64,000 nucleotides of DNA from Patescibacteria group bacterium (GTDB lineage Bacteria > Patescibacteriota > Patescibacteriia > JACQRZ01): positions 73,240 to 137,239 of the forward strand of contig JBBTRI010000006.1 in assembly GCA_038065255.1 (NCBI GenBank), written 5' to 3'. Numbering within the stretch: position 1 is the first letter of the stretch; each line of letters starts with the position of its first letter. Shown here piece after piece: positions 56,719-64,000 of this stretch. The notes beneath the pieces are model-generated. The model was not told where the DNA came from. It saw only the letters and a program-made list of their open reading frames with translations, and searched no databases. The position numbers and the translations under genes were made by a program.

Positions 56719-59130
56719 ATGCTTCTTTCTAAAGAGTGGCTACAGGAATTTGTAGCACTACCAAAAAATCTTTCGGATGAGGAAATAGCTCGGCGGCTTT
56801 CACTCTGTACTGTTGAGGTAGAGCGGATACAGAAAGGCGCTTCACAGGACTGGAACGCTATTGTTATCGGAGAAATCGTTGAACTCAAACCCCATCCGAA
56901 TGCAGATCGATTGCGTCTTGTCATGACGCGCATTTCAGAAAAACAACAACCCCTTGTTATTGTGTGTGGCGGAAGTAATCTTAGCGTTGGAATGAAGGTT
57001 GTTGTAGCATTGCCCGGTAGTCATGTACGTTGGCACGGCGAGGGAGAGCCTGTTGAGCTCACATTGACTCAAATACGGGGCGTTACAAGCGAAGGCATGA
57101 TTTGTGCGGCAAGCGAGGTAGGATTGTCTGATCGGTATCCTGCAACGAGTGAACATGAAATTCTTGACCTTTCTTTTCTTTCGGTAAAGCCGGGAACACC
57201 ACTGACTGATGCGCTTGGAGCGGCGGATACCATTTTTGATGTGGATAATAAATCATTAAGCAACCGGCCGGATCTCTGGGGGCATCGCGGTATGGCGCGT
57301 GAATTGGGCGCTGTGTTGCAAGTACCTTTTTCTGATAAAAAAATTCCACTCATCAAATCCTCGTCACAGATTAAACTCAGCTGTACCGTAGAAGAGAAAA
57401 AATTGTGTACGAGGTACATGGCTGTAGTAATAGAGGGTGTGTCTACAATGTCCTCGCCTTCCTGGATGCAGCAACGTTTACGTTCATGCGGTGTGCGCCC
57501 CATCAATGCCATTGTCGATGTGACGAATTATGTAATGCTTGAATACGGACAACCGATGCATGCATTTGATTATGCTCGTATCAAAGAAAAGAATGGAGAT
57601 GTAAAACTGCACGTTCGCCGTGCAAAGAAGGGGGAATCTATCCGCGCGCTCGATGGAAAGGAGTATGTACTTTCGCCGGAAATGCTACTTATTGCAAAGA
57701 GTAGTGATGTATTGGCGATTGCGGGAATCATGGGTGGTGAGAAAAGCGGAATTGATGATTCGACAACAACCATCGTTCTCGAAGCAGCTCATTTTAATGC
57801 ATCTTCGATTCGAAAGACATCTTCAGCGATCAAGCTTGCTTCTGAAAGTTCGCGAAGATTTGAGAAGCATCTCGATCCGTTACTCACCGAAACAGCATTG
57901 CGTAGAGCGTGTGAGCTCTATTCCCTTTTGTTTCCTTCAAGCAAGGCTGTAAGTAAGGTGTGTGATACTTTTACACAAAAAGAAAAACCTCTTACCATCA
58001 CCCTCTCAGATGCTCTTATAGAATCAAAACTTGGAATGCGTATTCCACAGTCTAAAGCAGCAACACTGCTTAAGCGTCTGGGTTTTGGATTAACAAAGAA
58101 GGGGTTGGCGTATAGTGTGGTTGTTCCCAGTTTTCGAAAGAAAGATATTAGTATCCCCGAGGACGTCATTGAAGAAATTATTCGTCTGATAGGCTATGAC
58201 AGCATTCCGTCCGTAGTGCCGCCGTCGTATTCGCGGATGCCCAAAAACAATTCCTTTTCTTTATTTGTTACGGCGCTTAAGCAGCAGTTGAGTTCTGAGT
58301 ACCATTTTAATGAAGTGCATAACTACGCATTTGTCACTCCTTTTGTGCTTCGTGCCGGCGGGTATGTGCCCGAGGAACACATCACGCTCTCAAACCCTTA
58401 TTCTGATGAACGTCCCTATCTGTGTAAAAGCCTCATCCCAAATTTGTTGGAAGATATTGAAAAGAATCAGGAACGACATGAACGCATTGCATTATTCGAA
58501 ATTGCGAGAGTATTCACCGACGAATTGCAACAACCCTACCATTTATCATGCGTTCTTTCATTACCTCGCGATCCACAGGCATTTGCTTTTCTGAAGAGTG
58601 TCATTGTGTCGGTGCTGAGGTGTAGGGGATTTGATATTTCTCCACGTGTGTTGAGTGAACCCCTTGCTTGGTCATCGCACTTCCGAGGTGTTGGGCTGTA
58701 TTGTAATACGGCGCGCATTGGATCGATTGCTGTCGTAGACAAGTCAGTATGTGCAAAACTTGGCATTGAACGTGATGTTGTTGCTTGCGAAGTTGATTTG
58801 TCGCTTGTGCACTCCTTGCCGCGCCACGATCGTAGCATTCAACAGCCGCACGCATATCCTGCAGTACTGAGAGATGTGACATTTGTACTCGATGAGGGTG
58901 TACGCTATACGGATGTATCGGCAATGCTCACTTCCGCCCATCCTCTGATCGAGAGCGTAGAGCCATTTGATATTTATCGCGGTGAGCAAGTGGGAAGCGG
59001 TAAAAAAAGCTTTTCATTCCATATTACTTATCGTTCTTCGGCGCGCACTCTTGCTGCCGCAGAAGCGGACAAGGCCCATATCGAAGCTATTGCTCTTCTT
59101 GAAAAAAAATTCAATGCAGTACTGCGTTGA
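56719..59130 (+). CDS. pheT: Phenylalanyl-tRNA synthetase beta subunit
   Basis: HPNADRL, IRGV.SEGMIC, NRPDL, DVTNYVMLEYGQPMHAFD, FDX-ACB C-terminus. Confidence 0.96.
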   Translation: MLLSKEWLQEFVALPKNLSDEEIARRLSLCTVEVERIQKGASQDWNAIVIGEIVELKPHPNADRLRLVMTRISEKQQPLVIVCGGSNLSVGMKVVVALPGSHVRWHGEGEPVELTLTQIRGVTSEGMICAASEVGLSDRYPATSEHEILDLSFLSVKPGTPLTDALGAADTIFDVDNKSLSNRPDLWGHRGMARELGAVLQVPFSDKKIPLIKSSSQIKLSCTVEEKKLCTRYMAVVIEGVSTMSSPSWMQQRLRSCGVRPINAIVDVTNYVMLEYGQPMHAFDYARIKEKNGDVKLHVRRAKKGESIRALDGKEYVLSPEMLLIAKSSDVLAIAGIMGGEKSGIDDSTTTIVLEAAHFNASSIRKTSSAIKLASESSRRFEKHLDPLLTETALRRACELYSLLFPSSKAVSKVCDTFTQKEKPLTITLSDALIESKLGMRIPQSKAATLLKRLGFGLTKKGLAYSVVVPSFRKKDISIPEDVIEEIIRLIGYDSIPSVVPPSYSRMPKNNSFSLFVTALKQQLSSEYHFNEVHNYAFVTPFVLRAGGYVPEEHITLSNPYSDERPYLCKSLIPNLLEDIEKNQERHERIALFEIARVFTDELQQPYHLSCVLSLPRDPQAFAFLKSVIVSVLRCRGFDISPRVLSEPLAWSSHFRGVGLYCNTARIGSIAVVDKSVCAKLGIERDVVACEVDLSLVHSLPRHDRSIQQPHAYPAVLRDVTFVLDEGVRYTDVSAMLTSAHPLIESVEPFDIYRGEQVGSGKKSFSFHITYRSSARTLAAAEADKAHIEAIALLEKKFNAVLR

Positions 59131-59148
59131 TAGTAACATTACCACTAT

Positions 59149-60468
59149 ATGCTAGATATCAAAAGTATTCGTGAAAACGCCCAGGAGCTTCAAATGGCAG
59201 CACGCAATAAGGGTATTGACCTTGATGTTTCCAAGCTTCTTGAACTTGACGAAAAACGCCGGCACTTGTTGGGTGAAATTGAATCTTTAAAAGCGCAAAA
59301 AAATGCAATTAATAAAGAAATTATTGGGGCATCTCAGGATGAAAAAAAAGCAATATTGATACGTGCACAGGGCATCAAAGAGCAGCTCGAACTGCTTGAT
59401 GGTGAGTATGCAATCACACATACTGCATTTGAAGAGCTCATGGTTCGCGTGCCTACGATTCCGTCTCCCGATACGCCGATTGGAAAATCGTCAGAAGATA
59501 ATGTTGAAGTGGAACGGCATGGAGAGCTGCCACAGTTTGATTTCGCTCCCAAGGATCATGTGCAGCTTGGTAAAGATCTTGGCATTCTCGATTTGGAACG
59601 CGGTGTGAAAGTGAGCGGTTTTCGTGGATACTATGTAAAAGGGGATGGCGTGCTGTTGATGATGGGGTTTATTATGTATGCCCTGCAGAAGCTTGCCGCA
59701 AAGGGATACCAATTGATGATTCCCCCGACAATTGCAAAAGAATTTGTATTATTTGGTAGCGGTTATTTTAAAGGCGGTACCTATGATGAAGACACAGATG
59801 AGATCTATGAGCTTGCTTCAGGAGAAAAAGACCGTGAAGGGAAACGCCAGCAAAAATTTCTTATCGGCACCGCAGAGCCATCACTATTGGCGTACCATGC
59901 GGATGAAGTGTTGAAAGAAAAAGATCTACCGCTTCGCTTTACGGGCTTTAGCCAGTGCTATCGCAGCGAGATCGGCAGTTATAGCAAGGACTTGAAAGGA
60001 ATCTATCGCGTCCATGAATTTATGAAAGTTGAGCAAGTCGTCCTCTGTAGGGCAGATATTGAAGAAAGCGACCGCATCCTTAATGAACTGGTCCAGAATG
60101 CAAAGGAGCTTCATGAAGATTTGAGATTGCCGTACCGACTACTGCAGATCTGTACCGGCGACATGGCTCCCGGCAAATACAAATCCTTTGATATCGAAGC
60201 ATGGATGCCGGGAAAAGGCTCGTATGGCGAGACTGGCACCGCATCAAATTTTGTGGATTGGCAGGCGCGCCGGCTGAACGTGAAATATACAACCAGTGAA
60301 GGCAAAAATGTGCCGGTATTCATGCTCAACAATACCGCACTTCCGACTCCGCGTATTTTTATATCCATTTTAGAAAATTACCAACAAAAAGACGGTAGTG
60401 TGAGAGTGCCTAAAGTATTAGTACCCTTTGTCGGTAAAGAAATAATACGACCAACTTCAGCTACATAG
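59149..60468 (+). CDS. serS: Seryl-tRNA synthetase
   Basis: MLDIK.IREN, LIGTAE, CYRSEIGS, GIYRVHEF.KVEQ, ENYQQKDG. Confidence 0.96.
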   Translation: MLDIKSIRENAQELQMAARNKGIDLDVSKLLELDEKRRHLLGEIESLKAQKNAINKEIIGASQDEKKAILIRAQGIKEQLELLDGEYAITHTAFEELMVRVPTIPSPDTPIGKSSEDNVEVERHGELPQFDFAPKDHVQLGKDLGILDLERGVKVSGFRGYYVKGDGVLLMMGFIMYALQKLAAKGYQLMIPPTIAKEFVLFGSGYFKGGTYDEDTDEIYELASGEKDREGKRQQKFLIGTAEPSLLAYHADEVLKEKDLPLRFTGFSQCYRSEIGSYSKDLKGIYRVHEFMKVEQVVLCRADIEESDRILNELVQNAKELHEDLRLPYRLLQICTGDMAPGKYKSFDIEAWMPGKGSYGETGTASNFVDWQARRLNVKYTTSEGKNVPVFMLNNTALPTPRIFISILENYQQKDGSVRVPKVLVPFVGKEIIRPTSAT

Positions 60469-60645
60469 ATATTCTTTCTCTATAACGCTTCCGCATTAGT
60501 GTACGAAGGACTTACGGGTCCCGGGTCGTTCGCATAACTCATCCTCGATTTTCTCGGATTCAAACAGACGCTCACTCCTTCCCGTAAGCACGCTTCATAC
60601 AGTCTAATGCTCTCGCTAGATATTCGAAAGAATATCTATATAGCT
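60459..60645 (-). repeat. Long imperfect palindromic element C (187 bp; MITE-like or ncRNA)
   Basis: 19/20-bp terminal inverted repeat (60459-78 / 60626-45). Second stem at 60493-60518 / 60581-60610. Confidence 0.8.
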
Positions 60646-60665
60646 TAAAGTTCTTAAATCAGATT

Positions 60666-61673
60666 ATGAAATCTTCTTTTGTTACCCCTTTGTTTGAAAA
60701 ATTTGCCAAAGAGCAAGGCATAGAAATGCTTGTTGAGCCGATGTATCGCTTCGTTGCTCAGTTGGTGTTTCCTAGTGGAGATAGGCGCTATGTGAGTACG
60801 CATATTGATGGTGTAAATGGCGCTGGAGCAACCGAAATTGCCCGTGACAAAACCTATGCTTTATTTTTTTTGAAAACCATGGGTTATAGCGTTCCCGAAG
60901 GAAGAGCATTTTTTTCTCGTGCCTATGCCGATTATCTTGGAAGCGACCAAGATTCTCAAGCTGCGTGGAGCTATGCTCAACAGCTTGGTTTGCCGATTAT
61001 TCTTAAACCGAATAGCAAAAGCCAGGGGAGGGGAGTATGGAAAATTCACTCTAAGCAAGAATTTGACGCAAGTCTGCATGACCTCGACAAATGGGTAGAT
61101 ATTTATCGCATTGAACGCTACTGCACCGGGAGGGATTACCGTATGGTCATTTATAAAGGTGAGCTCATTTGTGCGTATAAACGCGTGCCGTTGAACGTTT
61201 GCGGTAATGGCAGGTCGAACATTCGAGAATTGCTACAAGAAAAAAAGATGTGCCTTGATCAATCTGGTCGGCAGTCAACACTCGATGTACACGATAGGCG
61301 CATTGCATGGTCGCTAAGTCGGAATATGCTTTCGTTCGATTCCATTCTTGAGGAGGGAAGAATGTTCTTGCTTCTTGGCAATGCAAATTCCTCAAGCGGC
61401 GGAGATATTCGCGACGTAACAGAAACTATTCATGAATCATTTGTTGCATGCGCAAAAAAGTGTGCACGCGATATGGGTCTTACGCTCTGCGGTTTGGATA
61501 TGCTTATTGATGGAGATGGTTCTTGCGTCGCTCCATCTACGATAATCGAAATAAACGCAGGGCCGGGATTGGCGAACTATGCATCATTGGGAGAGGTGCA
61601 GTATTCGCGCGTTGAAGCACTGTATCGAACGATTTTTGATTCGCTGATTCTTCCTACTACATCACCTCAATAA
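60666..61673 (+). CDS. ATP-grasp ligase resembling the N-terminal domain of cyanophycin synthetase / GshF ATP-grasp
   Basis: IARDK, PIILKPNSKSQGRGV, G.DYR, P..VCGNG.SNIREL, NANSSSGG, CGLD, IEINAGPG. No Mur-ligase domain. Confidence 0.75.
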   Translation: MKSSFVTPLFEKFAKEQGIEMLVEPMYRFVAQLVFPSGDRRYVSTHIDGVNGAGATEIARDKTYALFFLKTMGYSVPEGRAFFSRAYADYLGSDQDSQAAWSYAQQLGLPIILKPNSKSQGRGVWKIHSKQEFDASLHDLDKWVDIYRIERYCTGRDYRMVIYKGELICAYKRVPLNVCGNGRSNIRELLQEKKMCLDQSGRQSTLDVHDRRIAWSLSRNMLSFDSILEEGRMFLLLGNANSSSGGDIRDVTETIHESFVACAKKCARDMGLTLCGLDMLIDGDGSCVAPSTIIEINAGPGLANYASLGEVQYSRVEALYRTIFDSLILPTTSPQ

Positions 61674-63312
61674 TCGGCATGCCAAGAAGTTCTATGCCTT
61701 TCCTGAGCGTTGCAGCAATTTCTTTGATAACGCAAAGGCGCATTGCTTGAATCGTAGCATTGCCTTGGATAACGCGATTATGCGTGTAATAGGTGTTTGT
61801 TTTCTTTGCCAATGTCATGAGGTATTTTGCCAGGATATCCGGCTTATTGGCAGCAATGACATCTTCAAGTACATCTCTAAAATGCGCCAGCTGGATAATC
61901 ACCGAATGTTCTTCATTTCCAAGTGCGGTTAGAAGCGATGCTGTTCGCTGTGGTTTAGGGGATGGTGCTTTTTGTAGAATGCTTTTGAGTCGTGTATAGG
62001 TATAGAGGATGTAGGGGCCTGTTTCTCCTTGAAAGTCAGTCATTTGGGCAATGTTAAACTCCACGGGGTGTTCACGGTCAGTTTTGAGATCATGAAATAT
62101 AATTGCACATAACGCAATTTTCTCTGCTATTTGCAGTTTATCTTTGAGTGTTGGATTCTTCTCCTTGATAACCTTCAATACAGCATTTCTGATTTCATCG
62201 ATTAAATCTTCCACAAACATAATGGTTCCTTTTCGTGTAGACATCTTCTTGCCATCGATTCGGTAAAGTCCATGAGAGACATGAACACAACGATCCGCCC
62301 ATGGTTTGCCCATAAGTTCCAGTAATGCAAAAAGCTGTTTGAAATGCAACTCCTGTTCTGCACCTACTTCATACAGCATTTTGCTAAAACGATAGGTTTC
62401 GTGCCGATAGAGTGCTGCAGCAATATCTCGTGTGAGGTAGAGTGAGGTACCATCGCTCTTACAGATAAGCCCCGGCGGCAATCCAAAGGCTGAAAGATCA
62501 ACGATATCTGCACCCTCTGATCGCTGTAAAAGCTTTTTCTTTTTCAAAAGCTTAATCACACTATCGAGCCGGGTGTTATAAAATGCTTCGCCATCATAGG
62601 AATCGAACGAACACCCAAGTCGAGCATAGAGTTGTTTGAAATCTTTGACGGAAAGCAAACGGAAAAGTTTCCAAAGTTTTGTCGCTTCCTTATCGCCGCC
62701 TTCAAGTTTTTTGAACCAGAGTCTGGCTTCGTCTAAGAGAAGGGGATGTTTCTCGCATTCCGCATGAAATTTTACATAGAGATCATAGAGTGTGCGAATG
62801 GGGTGTTTAGCAAGAGATCGTGGCCATTTTTTATATGCAACAATGAGCTTGCCAAATTGCGTCCCCCAATCACCAAGGTGATTGATGGCAATAGTTGTAT
62901 ATCCAAGTTCAGCATAGATTCGTTTTAATGATTCCCCGATAAAGGTACTGCGCAAATGCCCAACACCGAAAGGTTTTGCAATATTCGGCGAAGAATAATC
63001 GATGACAATGGATTTTTTGTTTTTTTTCTGTAGCGTCCTTTTGAGAATATCTTGAAAAAGCACATGGTGCTTTAGGTGAATATTAATATAGGGTCCCGCA
63101 GGCACGGATTTTTCAATAACTCCACTCTGCAGTTTCACTGCATATTCCGCAGCAATGTCTACCGGTGATTTGTGCAGCTCTTTTGCAAATGAAAAACAGG
63201 GAAGTGCGATATCTCCAAGATCATCCGAAGGAGGAAGTGCAAGCTGGATGGATGATGGATTAACTTTCAGTTTTTTTGCGATCAATGCAGTGAGAGTTTT
63301 TTTGAGAGTCAT
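61657..63312 (-). CDS. argS: Arginyl-tRNA synthetase
   Basis: DYSSPNIAKPFGVGHLRS, NHLGDWGTQFG, KMSTRKG, GETGPYILY. Confidence 0.96.
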   Translation of the reverse strand: MTLKKTLTALIAKKLKVNPSSIQLALPPSDDLGDIALPCFSFAKELHKSPVDIAAEYAVKLQSGVIEKSVPAGPYINIHLKHHVLFQDILKRTLQKKNKKSIVIDYSSPNIAKPFGVGHLRSTFIGESLKRIYAELGYTTIAINHLGDWGTQFGKLIVAYKKWPRSLAKHPIRTLYDLYVKFHAECEKHPLLLDEARLWFKKLEGGDKEATKLWKLFRLLSVKDFKQLYARLGCSFDSYDGEAFYNTRLDSVIKLLKKKKLLQRSEGADIVDLSAFGLPPGLICKSDGTSLYLTRDIAAALYRHETYRFSKMLYEVGAEQELHFKQLFALLELMGKPWADRCVHVSHGLYRIDGKKMSTRKGTIMFVEDLIDEIRNAVLKVIKEKNPTLKDKLQIAEKIALCAIIFHDLKTDREHPVEFNIAQMTDFQGETGPYILYTYTRLKSILQKAPSPKPQRTASLLTALGNEEHSVIIQLAHFRDVLEDVIAANKPDILAKYLMTLAKKTNTYYTHNRVIQGNATIQAMRLCVIKEIAATLRKGIELLGMPIIEVM

Positions 63313-63359
63313 AGTTCTATCTTACGAGCGGCACTAGTAGGTACGCCGCAGGCACATTT

Positions 63360-64000
63360 CTAAGTTCCACTCTGTAATGCGTAGAGCTGACCTAAATGAG
63401 AGTCCTTATTTTTAATCAAATTATTAAACGTACCCTCCTCAATTATACCCCCTTTTTCAAAAACTATCACCCGATCAGTATCTTTGAGGGTGGAAATGCG
63501 ATGAGCAACAATAATAAATGTTTTTTTATGGCCGAATGTAGAGAATAATTTATCCATAATTTTCTTTTCAGTTCTACTATCTAAAGAAGATGTTGCTTCA
63601 TCGAGAAGTAGTATTGGAGAATTTTTGCAAATTGCACGCGCGATGCCAAGTCTTTGCCTTTCACCGCCAGAGAGCGAATATCCCTTTTCGCCTGTCAAAG
63701 TGTCTAATCCCTCTGGTAATGTACTTATCATTTCCTGTAAACATGCCATATCTACTGCCGTGTTCAATAGCTCCGAATCTACCTCTCGCATAAGTGTGAT
63801 GTTCTCCCTTATGCTTAAATTAAATAACTCCGTCTCTTGCAGAACTATCGATATATTTTTTGTTATTTCTTCGTGGGCAATAGAGTAATAGTTTTTCTCG
63901 CCAACTTTAAATTCTCCATATTCTAATTCATATAGTCCCAAGAGAATTTTAACTAGTGTAGATTTGCCGCTACCGGATGATCCTGCTATCCCAAGTCTTT
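63360..64000 (-). CDS. ABC transporter ATP-binding domain (5'-truncated by window edge)
   Basis: Frame is open to the window end. Walker A GSSGSGKST at ~63957-63983, LSGGERQR, LLLDEATSSLD, AHR. Confidence 0.9.
   Translation of the reverse strand, partial: RLGIAGSSGSGKSTLVKILLGLYELEYGEFKVGEKNYYSIAHEEITKNISIVLQETELFNLSIRENITLMREVDSELLNTAVDMACLQEMISTLPEGLDTLTGEKGYSLSGGERQRLGIARAICKNSPILLLDEATSSLDSRTEKKIMDKLFSTFGHKKTFIIVAHRISTLKDTDRVIVFEKGGIIEEGTFNNLIKNKDSHLGQLYALQSGT

Noticed and set aside
63360-64000. AT-richer ABC gene as the edge of a genomic island
   Set aside because: The compositional shift is only judged by eye over 640 bp, and no att site, tRNA or mobility gene is visible.

Overview
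This 64-kb window looks like bacterial chromosome (code 11, TGA used as stop). The best inference is Patescibacteria/CPR (Parcubacteria-like): few Shine-Dalgarno sites, many short or leaderless 5' UTRs, a double-domain ThyX, a cluster-less MutY, PilT and very large secreted proteins. It contains: (i) a nucleotide-metabolism block (CYTH, thyX, ParB/Srx-motif protein, Tmk-HAD fusion, epimerase, polX, two tandem HD phosphohydrolases); (ii) a run of single genes at 10.7-18.6 kb, each with its own sigma70 promoter and intrinsic terminator; (iii) a RelE-type toxin-antitoxin pair and assorted housekeeping genes; (iv) a 4823-aa surface protein with a nested repeat architecture; (v) pilT, pheS, pheT, serS, argS and a partial ABC transporter. 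The strongest novel signal is an unannotated 23-codon Phe-rich leader ORF (15454-15525) with mutually exclusive antiterminator and terminator hairpins. This resembles a pheL-type ribosomal attenuator, but it sits upstream of an uncharacterised ATP-grasp ligase rather than a phe gene. Other leads are the thyX/ParB-like/Tmk-HAD operon and three long intergenic palindromes that all fold better on the minus strand. No rRNA, tRNA, CRISPR array or transposase was recognised. All calls are by eye from motifs; no searches were run.
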